Part shown: positions 1-9,027 of the stretch, piece by piece
How positions within the stretch are numbered: position 1 is the stretch's first letter
Layout: each line of letters begins with the position of its first letter
Notes under the pieces: generated by a model
Told to the model about the DNA's origin: nothing
Database searches by the model: none
Seen by the model: the letters and a program-made list of their open reading frames with translations, nothing else
NCBI GenBank assembly: GCA_934148015.1
Contig: CAKPCU010000002.1
Coordinates: 30,672-94,671, forward strand
Reading direction: 5' to 3'
From: an uncultured Bacilli bacterium
Lineage (GTDB): Bacteria; Bacillota_I; Bacilli_A; RF39; UBA660
Length of the DNA: 64,000 bases
Translations under genes and position numbers: made by a program

Positions 1-497
1 CTAACTGTTGTACCAGTTTTATTTGTTGTACCAATTTGCTTTAATGGACTATCTACTTTACCACCATCTTTAAATGATATCTCGTACTTACCACCATCTC
101 TTGATATTGTAACTTTCATCCATTTAGAAAGTGCATTAACAACTGATGCACCAACACCATGAAGACCACCAGATACTTTATATCCACCTTCTTGGAATTT
201 ACCACCAGCATGTAAAACTGTATATATAACCTCTGGAGTAGATTTACCAGATTCATGCATACCAACCGGAACACCACGTCCTTCATCCGATACAGATACT
301 GATCCATCATCATGAATAATAACTTTAATATGATTACCATAGCCATTTATTACTTCATCTATACCATTATCAACAATTTCCCAAACAAGGTGATGAAGTC
401 CTCTTTTATCAGTAGAACCAATATACATACCTGGTCTTTTTCTTACGGCTTCTAGCCCTTCTAATATTTTAATTGATGATTCATCATACTTATTCAT
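1..497 (-). CDS. Type IIA topoisomerase subunit B, N-terminal GHKL ATPase part (ParE favoured over GyrB); the 3' end runs off the window start
   Basis: Absent from the ORF track because it is truncated. Manual translation from the ATG at 495-497 gives [48 protein letters not shown]...[15 protein letters not shown]. The short N-terminus and the neighbourhood (yneF, tkt, lexA) resemble the Bacillus parE region. Confidence 0.85.
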   Translation of the reverse strand, partial: MNKYDESSIKILEGLEAVRKRPGMYIGSTDKRGLHHLVWEIVDNGIDEVINGYGNHIKVIIHDDGSVSVSDEGRGVPVGMHESGKSTPEVIYTVLHAGGKFQEGGYKVSGGLHGVGASVVNALSKWMKVTISRDGGKYEISFKDGGKVDSPLKQIGTTNKTGTTV

Positions 498-644
498 TTA
501 AATAATCATCTCCTTAATTTTCTTAACCTATAAAAGATTATATCACATAAAGAAAAGAAAATGCAAAGTTTATTTACACTTTATATAGCATATTTTTACG
601 TAAAATAACTTTACTTATTAAAGCAAAAGAAAAAAGTACATTAA

Positions 645-854
645 TTATTGTACTTTATTCATAGCCTTCATCATTTGATTAACCTGCTTTTGACTAGGTG
701 TTCTACCCATTTGTTGCATCATTATTTTTATCATTTTTTCGTTTATTGGTGGATTTTTCTTTAAGTATTTTTTCATAAATAATCTAGCTCCAAAAAATCC
801 CGCTACTAGTCCTACAACAAGACCTAATAGACACCATAAAATATTTTGTAACAT
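645..854 (-). CDS. yneF: UPF0154/YneF-family small membrane protein
   Basis: 69 aa with one N-terminal TM helix, followed by [40 protein letters not shown], which is typical of YneF. Confidence 0.8.
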   Translation of the reverse strand: MLQNILWCLLGLVVGLVAGFFGARLFMKKYLKKNPPINEKMIKIMMQQMGRTPSQKQVNQMMKAMNKVQ

Positions 855-900
855 ATTAAATTCTTCCTTTCATAATACTATTTTACTAAAAAATCATAGT

Positions 901-1323
901 TTATACAAGGCTTTTTGATGTAACTTTACTAAGCCAAAAGTAATCTTTATTATTAAAATCACAAACTAATACATTACTTTCATTAGATAATATTTTAAAA
1001 AACTCAGTAATATTCTTATTTGTTTTAATTTTAATATAAGTTGTATATACACATAACTTAGTTTTTTCTATTCCATCATCTAAAATATGTTTATTTAAAG
1101 ATTTTGTATAATTTTGATCAAACGAAAAAGCTCTATACAAATTACTATTAACATTTGTTTTATCAAAGGTCTGTGCTATTTGTTCAAATAATCTGTATGA
1201 TATTATAAAGTCACTTTTACTTGATAAAGATATTTGTTCTAACATTTTATACAAGTAATATGTCTTATTATAGTATAATTTTGTAAATGAATCATTGATT
1301 TTAAATAAGTAATATACTCTCAT
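901..1323 (-). CDS. Small cytoplasmic protein at the position of B. subtilis yneE/sirA (between tkt and yneF); possible SirA-like protein
   Basis: 140 aa ORF with no TM helix. The call rests on synteny plus a loose resemblance of both termini to my recollection of SirA. It is not verified. Confidence 0.45.
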   Translation of the reverse strand: MRVYYLFKINDSFTKLYYNKTYYLYKMLEQISLSSKSDFIISYRLFEQIAQTFDKTNVNSNLYRAFSFDQNYTKSLNKHILDDGIEKTKLCVYTTYIKIKTNKNITEFFKILSNESNVLVCDFNNKDYFWLSKVTSKSLV

Positions 1324-1381
1324 ATTAAAACACCTCTCTTAAAGAATAATATATATTCTATAAGAAAGGTGTCGAATTATA

Positions 1382-3334
1382 TTACTTAAGTAATTTTTCA
1401 ATCCTTTTATAAATTGTATCATCATCTAATTTTAATTTTTTAAGAACATCTTCTTCTTTACCAGAGTATCCGAATTCATCTATACCCATTATATATTTAT
1501 CGTTGTAAACATATTTATGCCATCCAAATTTAGAAGCTCTTTCTATAACGAATGTTTTATAACCTATTGGAAGAATTTCATCTTTATAGCTTTGAGGTTG
1601 TTCGTTAAATAATCTTGTACAAGGCATTGAAACAACTCTTATTTCCATATTTTTACGTGATAATTTCTCTGCTATATCAATTGCAAGAGCAACTTCACTA
1701 CCTGTTGCTATTATTATGCCAAATAATTTTTTCTTTTCTTTTCTTACTATGTAAGCACCCTTTTTAACCATTAAAGGATCAGTTGTACTTAAATTAACCA
1801 CTTTGTTTCTTGAAATAACTATAGAACTTGGTTTGTCATTATTTAAAGCTGTATGCCATGAACCAATAACTTCATTAGCATCACATGGTCTATATACATA
1901 AAAATTAGGAATTGAACGAAGCATTGCTAATTGTTCAACTGGCTGATGTGTTGGTCCATCTTCACCAATATTTACGCTATCATGAGTAAATACAAATATA
2001 CTTGGAATATTCATCAAACTAGCCATTCTAATAGAAGGTTTTAAATAATCAGAAAAAGCTAAAAAAGTAGAAGCAAAAGGTCTTAATCCAGATAATGCAA
2101 TACCATTAGTAATAGCACCCATTGCATGTTCCCTAACACCATATCTAATATTTTTACCATTTAAAGATGTACTGTTAAAATCATCAAAACTTTTTAAATA
2201 AGTTTTACAAGATGATGCCGTATCAGCACTTCCACCTAAAAAACAAGGATAATTATCAGCTATTGTGTTCATAACTTTACTATTAATATTTCTTAACTCA
2301 TCATCATCAAATAATGCATCATTAAAAAGTTTAGTAACATCATATCTTTTATCTTCATTTAATGAAAGCAAAAATCTTTTAGTATCACTATCACAAGTAT
2401 TTAAGTAAGCATTATACTTAACTTCCCACTTCTTTTTATCGTGCATAACTCTTATTCTTATGAAATTAGCCATTTCTTTTCTTAAGCTTCTTATATTTTT
2501 AAATAGATCTGTATCAACGGATAATTTAACTCTTAATTGTCTTATGTCTTCTTTAGTTAATGTTCCTCCATGAACTTTATTTGTGCCTTGAAGTAAAGAA
2601 CCTTTTCCTATTACTGTTTTAACTTCAATGAATGATGGCTGTCCTTTACATCTTTTAGCTTTATTAATAGCCATATCAATAAGTAGTGGATTATTACCAT
2701 CTGCAACTACTTGTGTATACCACCCCATTGCCTCAAAACGTTTTAATATGTCCTCATCAAAAGAATCTTTTAAACTTCCATCTAACGTAACTTTATTTGA
2801 ATCTAATATAACAATTAAATTATCTAATTTTAAATTTCCGGCAAGTGAGCAAGCTTCATAGCTAACACCTTCCATTAAATCTCCTTCAGAACATAAAACA
2901 TAGGTGTTGTAACTTATAAGACCATTAAATTTTTCTTTTAAGTATTTAGCGGATATTGCCATACCAACTGCTGAAGCTATTCCTTGTCCTAAAGGACCAG
3001 TTGACATATCAACTCCTTTTGTTACTCCATACTCTGGATGACCTGGAGTTACAGAATCAATTTGTCTAAACTCTTTTAAGTCATTAATAGATATATCAAA
3101 ACCAGACATATAAAGCACGGAATATAATAAAGCTGATGCATGCCCTGCTGACAAAACAAATCTATCCCTATTTATCCATTTTTCATCTAAAACATCTATG
3201 TTTAAATGTTTACTATATAATGTATACAATATTGGTGCAGCTCCAAGAGCTATACCTGGATGTCCACTTCTAGCTTTTGATATCTGTGCAATAGATAATG
3301 CTTTAATAGCATTTATTATTCTTTCATCATTCAT
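1382..3334 (-). CDS. tkt: Transketolase
   Basis: 650 aa with the SGHPG, GPLGQG, EGDLMEGVS and GEDGPTHQP motifs. Confidence 0.95.
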   Translation of the reverse strand: MNDERIINAIKALSIAQISKARSGHPGIALGAAPILYTLYSKHLNIDVLDEKWINRDRFVLSAGHASALLYSVLYMSGFDISINDLKEFRQIDSVTPGHPEYGVTKGVDMSTGPLGQGIASAVGMAISAKYLKEKFNGLISYNTYVLCSEGDLMEGVSYEACSLAGNLKLDNLIVILDSNKVTLDGSLKDSFDEDILKRFEAMGWYTQVVADGNNPLLIDMAINKAKRCKGQPSFIEVKTVIGKGSLLQGTNKVHGGTLTKEDIRQLRVKLSVDTDLFKNIRSLRKEMANFIRIRVMHDKKKWEVKYNAYLNTCDSDTKRFLLSLNEDKRYDVTKLFNDALFDDDELRNINSKVMNTIADNYPCFLGGSADTASSCKTYLKSFDDFNSTSLNGKNIRYGVREHAMGAITNGIALSGLRPFASTFLAFSDYLKPSIRMASLMNIPSIFVFTHDSVNIGEDGPTHQPVEQLAMLRSIPNFYVYRPCDANEVIGSWHTALNNDKPSSIVISRNKVVNLSTTDPLMVKKGAYIVRKEKKKLFGIIIATGSEVALAIDIAEKLSRKNMEIRVVSMPCTRLFNEQPQSYKDEILPIGYKTFVIERASKFGWHKYVYNDKYIMGIDEFGYSGKEEDVLKKLKLDDDTIYKRIEKLLK

Positions 3335-3397
3335 AATAAAACCTTCCTATTCTATAAAATTATTATAAGTCAAAAAGGTATTTTTATCAATAATAAA

Positions 3398-3541
3398 TTA
3401 ATCATTTAAAACTATGCTAGTGTCATTTCTAACTTGTTTTTCACCTTCGTTTGTAGGAGCATTTACAACCCATAATACATTTACAATAGTAATTATTAAA
3501 AATATAATCATCATTCCTTTATAGTCTTTTAAAAAATTCAT
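3398..3541 (-). CDS. Small single-TM protein divergent from lexA; candidate SOS-induced division inhibitor (functional analogue of YneA/SosA)
   Basis: Not in the ORF track. Translation: MNFLKDYKGMMIIFLIITIVNVLWVVNAPTNEGEKQVRNDTSIVLND (47 aa). An AAGGAG RBS sits 8 nt upstream. An alternative ATG lies at 3547. Two LexA-box-like sites lie in the shared intergenic region. Confidence 0.5.
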   Translation of the reverse strand: MNFLKDYKGMMIIFLIITIVNVLWVVNAPTNEGEKQVRNDTSIVLND

Positions 3542-3585
3542 ATTCATCACTCCTTATCGTTTTAAATTACAATTACATCTTAACA

Positions 3586-3599
3586 CGAACATATGTATG
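3586..3599. promoter_or_regulatory. LexA (Cheo/SOS) box-like site CGAACATATGTATG
   Basis: Close to the Bacillota consensus CGAAC-N4-GTTCG, with two mismatches in the right arm. It lies between lexA and the divergent small gene. Confidence 0.6.
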
Positions 3600-3614
3600 T
3601 GTCAATAATAAAAT

Positions 3615-3628
3615 TGAACAAATGTTTG
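3615..3628. promoter_or_regulatory. LexA (Cheo/SOS) box-like site TGAACAAATGTTTG
   Basis: GAAC-N4-GTT core is intact, with one mismatch in each arm. It lies 54 nt upstream of the lexA ATG. Confidence 0.6.
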
Positions 3629-3681
3629 ACAATGTAAAGTAATTGTGTTATTATTAAATTGTAATAAAAAGGAGAAATACT

Positions 3682-4293
3682 ATGCAAAAATTAACAAATA
3701 GACAAAATGATGTATTAGATTGTATAAAAAGCTTTTCTGCAAAGCATGGCTATCCACCTACAGTAAGGGAAATTGGAGAGGTTTTGGGACTTAATTCACC
3801 TGCTACTATTCAATCTCATATAAATGCATTAGAGCATAAAGGATACATAAAAAAAACTAGTTCAAAATATAGGTCTTTAGAGATTGTTGGTAATAACGAA
3901 TATTTAAATGAGGATATTGCACAAGTTCCACTACTTGGAAAAGTAACTGCTGGAACACCTATTGAAGCTATTGAAACTCCTAATGAATTTTTTAGCTTAC
4001 CTGCATATTTAATACCAAAAAATGAAGAAGTATTCACTTTAAAGGTAAGTGGTGAAAGTATGATAAATGCTGGGATTTTAGATGGAGATATAGTAATAGT
4101 TAAAAGACAGAATGTAGCTAGAAATGGTGATATAATAGTAGCTATGACAGAGGAAAATGAAGTTACTTTAAAAACATTTTATAAGGAACAAGGATACATT
4201 AGATTACAACCAGAAAATGATACTATGAAACCAATAATACTTTCTACTTGTACCATTTTAGGCAAAGCTATTGGATTATATAGAAAATTTTAA
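3682..4293 (+). CDS. lexA: LexA repressor
   Basis: 203 aa with an N-terminal winged-helix region (LTNRQNDVLDCI...GYPPTVREIGE) and S24 self-cleavage motifs (GESM and VIVKRQ). Confidence 0.95.
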   Translation: MQKLTNRQNDVLDCIKSFSAKHGYPPTVREIGEVLGLNSPATIQSHINALEHKGYIKKTSSKYRSLEIVGNNEYLNEDIAQVPLLGKVTAGTPIEAIETPNEFFSLPAYLIPKNEEVFTLKVSGESMINAGILDGDIVIVKRQNVARNGDIIVAMTEENEVTLKTFYKEQGYIRLQPENDTMKPIILSTCTILGKAIGLYRKF

Positions 4294-4315
4294 AAGAGCT
4301 TAAAGGCTCTTTTTT
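4292..4315. terminator. Bidirectional hairpin between the convergent lexA and fic genes
   Basis: AAGAGC-ttaaag-GCTCTT followed by TTTTT. It overlaps the fic stop codon. Confidence 0.5.
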
Positions 4316-5445
4316 ACATGTATATTTTTAATTATATTGTCATCATAATCTACGTATTTAAAGTTAAATGCTAATTCATAATTATTTTTAAAGCTAGATA
4401 AGTGGCCATTAGTTTCCCTTGTTTTAATTAGTATATCTTTTTCTATTAAAGGTAATATCATTTCCTCTTCTATTTTTAATACTTTTTTCTTATTATTATA
4501 TCTATTATACATATTAGCAAAATCACTTACCGTTATATTTCCTTTTATTGAAAGAAGATAATGAAGAGTTTGATAATCTAATGTTTCTAATTTTTTTGAG
4601 CAAGAATTTGCAATTAATTGCATAATATATTCTTTTTCAAGTTCTGCAAGTACAGTATTCATCATGTATTTTAAAAATAGTGATATATCTGAATATTTTT
4701 TTGTTTCTCTTATTATTTTATAATATTCATTTTTATTTATCTGAATTCCCCTATTAAAAATTACATATGGATAAACATTATTATTTAATAAATACCACAT
4801 ACTAGTTGTTCTAGCTGTTCTACCATTAACATCATAATAAGGATGTATATAAACAAAGTAAAAGTGCAATATTTGAGATTTTAAGTAACTCATGGTCTTA
4901 GTATCATCAAAAGAATAATTATTCATAAAATCTAGTAACTCATCCATCTTATCTTCAATTAAACTTGCATCAAGTCCCATATCAGGTCTTTTAGTAACAT
5001 CACTAGAATAATAGATATAAACAGGATTCTTTCTATAATATTCTCCCATATTTTTATAATCTTCATCATCTAATAGTCCTTTACTCAAAATTGAATTTAA
5101 TTTTTTTAAAGTTTCCTTAGTAATATCTTTATTATCTAATATATATCTATATCCTTCATATAAGTTAATAATACGTAATTTATCTTTTTCTTGGCTATTT
5201 TTATATATTTTCTTTTCATTTACAATTTTTTTAATTTTTTCTATATCATCATAATATCCTTCAACACTATTGTTAGATTGTACCTCATTAAATAATAAAA
5301 CTTTTTTAGCAAAAGATAATGTATCCATTTTACCAGATTTTAATATAAATTCTTCTAATTCTTCTTCTTTTTCTTTTAACATATCTTCATTTATATAAAA
5401 ATATCTATTATTGTTTTTAAGTGGTAATATAATTTTTTTATTCAC
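4300..5445 (-). CDS. Fic/DOC family protein (AMPylase-type)
   Basis: 381 aa. The Fic motif reads HPYYDVNGRTAR, against the canonical HxFx(D/E)GNGRxxR, so one Gly is replaced by Val. There is an N-terminal NSVEG helix and a C-terminal wHTH-like tail. Confidence 0.8.
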   Translation of the reverse strand: MNKKIILPLKNNNRYFYINEDMLKEKEEELEEFILKSGKMDTLSFAKKVLLFNEVQSNNSVEGYYDDIEKIKKIVNEKKIYKNSQEKDKLRIINLYEGYRYILDNKDITKETLKKLNSILSKGLLDDEDYKNMGEYYRKNPVYIYYSSDVTKRPDMGLDASLIEDKMDELLDFMNNYSFDDTKTMSYLKSQILHFYFVYIHPYYDVNGRTARTTSMWYLLNNNVYPYVIFNRGIQINKNEYYKIIRETKKYSDISLFLKYMMNTVLAELEKEYIMQLIANSCSKKLETLDYQTLHYLLSIKGNITVSDFANMYNRYNNKKKVLKIEEEMILPLIEKDILIKTRETNGHLSSFKNNYELAFNFKYVDYDDNIIKNIHVKKSL

Positions 5446-5494
5446 AATAGATAGTCACCTCTTTTTGATTAAGTATTATACAACATAAAATAGT

Positions 5495-5526
5495 AAAAAG
5501 GAAGCTTAAAATAACATCAAGCTTCC
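5495..5526 (-). terminator. Rho-independent terminator after the dinD-like pseudogene
   Basis: Minus-strand reading: GGAAGCTT, an 11 nt loop, AAGCTTCC, then TTTTT. Confidence 0.7.
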
Positions 5527-5735
5527 TAATCTATATAAAAACGCTTTATCATGCATCAGCGTTCTACAATATTATATGGTTTGTAACTTTTTTGTTTACT
5601 ACTTTTTATACAAACCAATTTATGTACATTTATAATATATCCATTTTTATAATAAAATTACACATATATTTTATTATACGTTTAATTTTTTCTAATATAC
5701 TTCTTATCATAAAAGTTAAATTACTTTTTTATTAT

Positions 5736-6544
5736 TCATTTTTTATCTTTCGCTAATTCTTTTAAACTCTTTTCTGGTGTAAGTAATTTTTCTGGCATAG
5801 TTCCACCTAATCTTTCAATGCTATTTCTTACTTCTTTTCCTACTTCATATAAGCAGAATTTGCAGTGTATTCATTATCAACGTTTTCTCTTTTTAATTTA
5901 GCATCTGTTTGAGCTATTCGAAATATGTTATCTGCTAGTTCTTCACTCCCAATATTATCTAAGATGTCTTCTCTATATCTTAGTTTCTTTCTTTTGAAAA
6001 TATCATCTGCTGTTTCACCATTATATAGTCCTTTATATCCTGCATTATGAAATTTTGCTAAATTCTTTACTCCACTATTAATAGCTGTTTTATTTAAATT
6101 ATAATTGCCTCTTCTTGCTTGGTTTCTTCTATATAATCTTTTTTCATCTTCTGTTAGTTCATTGTATTCTTTTTCAGATAGTTCTTGTTTCCTTGTTTGA
6201 ATGGCAAAGTAGGTTTGACCTAAAGCTATAGCTTCTTTTCTAGAATCACCATTTTGTACAATTAGATAACATGCATATCTTGATAGCTTATAATCTAACA
6301 ATTTTCTCTTTGTTTTCGAACCTATCTGAACCATTTTCCCAACCCCGAGAAAATGGTCATTAGTATTATATCCACTTTTAAGACAAGATGTTTTTGCATA
6401 TTCTATGGCATTAGAAAATCTTTCCCATTTACTATATCCAAGTAACGGCATTAATTCTCTTGCCAACCAATATTCATTACCTTGTTCATCTATATGTTTA
6501 ATATCTTCAAATACTTTCTCTGTATATTCTTTTATTTCATTCAT
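5736..6544 (-). pseudogene. DinD-like (DNA-damage-inducible protein D family) gene, copy B, disrupted by a 1-nt deletion
   Basis: The ORF 5840-6544 stops at TAG. The remaining C-terminus (YEVGKEVRNSIERLGGTMPEKLLTPEKSLKELAKDKK) continues in the adjacent frame to the TGA at 5736 and aligns with the intact copy at 9028-9849. Confidence 0.75.
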
Positions 6545-6613
6545 CTTAAATCTCCTTTTTATAGATTTTAATTATAATTTACAATCTTATTTCATTTATT
6601 ATTAAACTTATCA

Positions 6614-7639
6614 TCACAATAATTCCAAATTTCTCTTCTCATCTTCAATTACATTAATGAACTCTTGTTTTGATGGTATTGTTAATTTAAACTCAGCCGA
6701 AAAGATCGTATTATTATCTTCTGGAAGCGTATATTTAACTATTGTTTCGTTTTTATCAGTTGATAATAATATTCCAATAGTTTTATTTTCATCCAACGCT
6801 TTTATATTTCTATCGTAATAGTTTACATACATCTGCATTTGCCCAATGTCCTTATGAGTTACTTTTCCTATTTTTAAATCTATAATTACAAAGCATTTAA
6901 GTATTCTATTATAAAATAGCAAATCAGGATAATAATGCTCTGTATCAAGTGTAATTCTAACTTGATTACCAACATAAGTAAATCCCTTACCTAACTCCAA
7001 CAAAAATTCTTTTAAATGATTTAAAATATTTTTTTCTAAATCAGACTCTAAATAATTTGTATTTTCTTTAATATCCAAAAACTCTAATACAAATGGGTCT
7101 TTTATTATATCCTTAGGTTCATTAACTATAAAACCTTTATTTGATATTTCTAATATTTTATTTTTATCTTTTGCATTATATACTCTTTCATATAAAAGTG
7201 TTGATCTTTGCCTTGCAAGTTCTCTAACATTCCAATTAGAATTAATACATTCATGCATATAAAAATTTCTTTTTACATCATCTTCTATTTTTATAAGTTC
7301 TAAATAATGAGACCATGATAATTGCGACGACAATGTTGTCGCAATTGGATAACATAAATAAAATTTTCTCATTCTTTCTAAATTTCTTTTTGAAAAACCT
7401 TTTCCAAAAACTGTTGTAAGCCTAATAGATAACTCATTGGTAATATAATCATTATATTTAGCCCTTTTATTTCCACTTTGTTTTTCTATTATCATTTTGC
7501 CTATGTTCCAATATAGTTTTATCATTTCTGTATTAACAGTCTTATATACTCTATTTCTGCTTTCTTCAACTAACTTTTTTATATCATTATATAGCACATC
7601 AACTTCCTTACTATCTATTAAATCAATTTTGCTTTTCAT
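6614..7639 (-). CDS. YhcG/DUF1016-family PD-(D/E)xK nuclease-like protein
   Basis: Motifs: LYWNIGKMI, LSWSHYLELIKI, NWNVRELARQ, DPFVLEFLD, and the core PDLLFYNRILKCFVIIDLKIGK. Start moved to MKSKIDL, which follows the RBS GAAAGGAAG. Confidence 0.8.
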   Translation of the reverse strand: MKSKIDLIDSKEVDVLYNDIKKLVEESRNRVYKTVNTEMIKLYWNIGKMIIEKQSGNKRAKYNDYITNELSIRLTTVFGKGFSKRNLERMRKFYLCYPIATTLSSQLSWSHYLELIKIEDDVKRNFYMHECINSNWNVRELARQRSTLLYERVYNAKDKNKILEISNKGFIVNEPKDIIKDPFVLEFLDIKENTNYLESDLEKNILNHLKEFLLELGKGFTYVGNQVRITLDTEHYYPDLLFYNRILKCFVIIDLKIGKVTHKDIGQMQMYVNYYDRNIKALDENKTIGILLSTDKNETIVKYTLPEDNNTIFSAEFKLTIPSKQEFINVIEDEKRNLELL

Positions 7640-7650
7640 ATTCTTCCTTT

Positions 7651-8220
7651 CTATGGCTTGCAATTTTTAACCTTATATCCATTCTTATTTAATCTAATTT
7701 CTACACTTCCATCCTTATCTGTTCGGTATATTTTACTATCCTTTAAAATATCTAACACTGCCTCTTTAGGATGACCATACCTATTATTTTCACCTACACT
7801 AATTAAACTATATTTAGGATTAATACTATCAATAAATTTTTTGCTACTACTTGTATTAGAGCCATGGTGTCCTACTTTTAAAAAGTCTATGTCATTTAAA
7901 TTATACATATCTAAAATATCATTTTCTCTTTTAATACTAGCATCTGCCATAAATAGAAATTTTAAATTTTTGTAATTAAAGTAAATTACACTAGAATTGT
8001 CATTTTCATTATCATATAAAGATGTATTTAAAAATTGGAATTTATACTTATCTATATTTAAATTATCAATACATGAATAATATTTAATTTTTTTATTTTC
8101 TAACGCTTTGATTAATTTATTTTCTAGATTATTAAAATTACCACAATTTAATATAACCTTTGAAACTCTAATATTATTTATCAAATTAACCGATTCTCCC
8201 ATATGATCATAATCACCATG
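7651..8220 (-). pseudogene. Displaced 3' fragment of comEC (metallo-beta-lactamase domain only)
   Basis: About 70% aa identity to the C-terminal 190 aa of the full comEC (HGDYDHMGESVNLINNIRVSKVILNCG...). It has no N-terminal domains and is preceded directly by a terminator. The M in the ORF track at 8241 is fortuitous. Confidence 0.8.
8141..8220. repeat. 80-nt block, 79/80 identical to 10356-10435 (junction of the comEC duplication)
   Basis: Direct comparison of the two stretches gives a single C/T difference (8191 versus 10406). Similarity ends abruptly at 8221/10436. Confidence 0.9.
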
Positions 8221-8255
8221 TGGCGACATACGTTTATGCATACGAATTTAAACAA

Positions 8256-8284
8256 AGAAAAAGAACTATCGTTTAAATAGTTCT
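8256..8284 (-). terminator. Rho-independent terminator after the 231 aa unknown gene
   Basis: Minus-strand reading: AGAACTAT, a 7 nt loop, ATAGTTCT, then TTTTTCTTT. Confidence 0.65.
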
Positions 8285-8978
8285 AATTATTTTTATTGGT
8301 GTCTTCTAGTGATAACACTTTCACTTTTGGTTGTTCTCCATCATTCACTGTATATTTTATAAAGATGTCATTATCTAAATTATGCAATAGTTCTTTCAAC
8401 TCATTTTCACCCATTCTGTTTAATAAAGTTATTAAACCAGTTTTATCCAATGAATCAAAATAAGAGTGTTTCATACTATCAATATATTCATTTTTCACTA
8501 CCTTAAAAGTTGGTGACTGTTCTAAATGTGTATAATATCTTTGAAATATAAAATATAAATAATTCTTTTTTAATTCCAAGTTTTCAAAATTTAGATTTAG
8601 CTCAATATCACCACAATTAATTCCCTTGACACTTCTCTCAGTCCAATTAATAGCAAATTTTAAATCAATTTCCAAATTACTAAAGTTTATATCTTTAATA
8701 AATTCGTGATCTTCCAAAAGAAAATCAATTATTTCGCTTATTTCTTCAAAATCAATAATATATGAAAACGTTGTTCGCTCTGGAACACTGCCCTTAAAAC
8801 TATTGTTACCAAACATAAACATTATTTGCGTTTCATTATTACAAATATTCAATACTACATCTAATTGTGGTGATTTTCCATTACTTAAAATCGATAATCT
8901 ATCTTCCACATAAGGGCAATATTTTAACAGTACACTTTTAACATATGAAATCAAATCTTGTTTTTTAATATTACTCAT
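8283..8978 (-). CDS. Hypothetical cytoplasmic protein (231 aa), no recognisable motif
   Basis: Long ORF. Start moved to MSNIKKQ, which follows a GGAGGT RBS. Acidic, with no TM helix. Confidence 0.6.
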   Translation of the reverse strand: MSNIKKQDLISYVKSVLLKYCPYVEDRLSILSNGKSPQLDVVLNICNNETQIMFMFGNNSFKGSVPERTTFSYIIDFEEISEIIDFLLEDHEFIKDINFSNLEIDLKFAINWTERSVKGINCGDIELNLNFENLELKKNYLYFIFQRYYTHLEQSPTFKVVKNEYIDSMKHSYFDSLDKTGLITLLNRMGENELKELLHNLDNDIFIKYTVNDGEQPKVKVLSLEDTNKNN

Positions 8979-9027
8979 AGTTACCTCCAAAATACATAAT
9001 TGTTTCCTATTATATCATAAATCATAC

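Noticed and set aside
116-346. 76 aa ORF from the ORF track
   Set aside because: It lies inside the truncated topoisomerase B gene (1-497) but in a different reading frame, and it has no RBS. The real gene is the frame that starts at 497.
7651-8241. 196 aa ORF as a functional stand-alone metallo-beta-lactamase hydrolase
   Set aside because: It is a copy of the comEC C-terminus. Its apparent start (MHKRMSP) lies in non-homologous sequence right after a terminator and has no RBS. I treat it as a displaced gene fragment.
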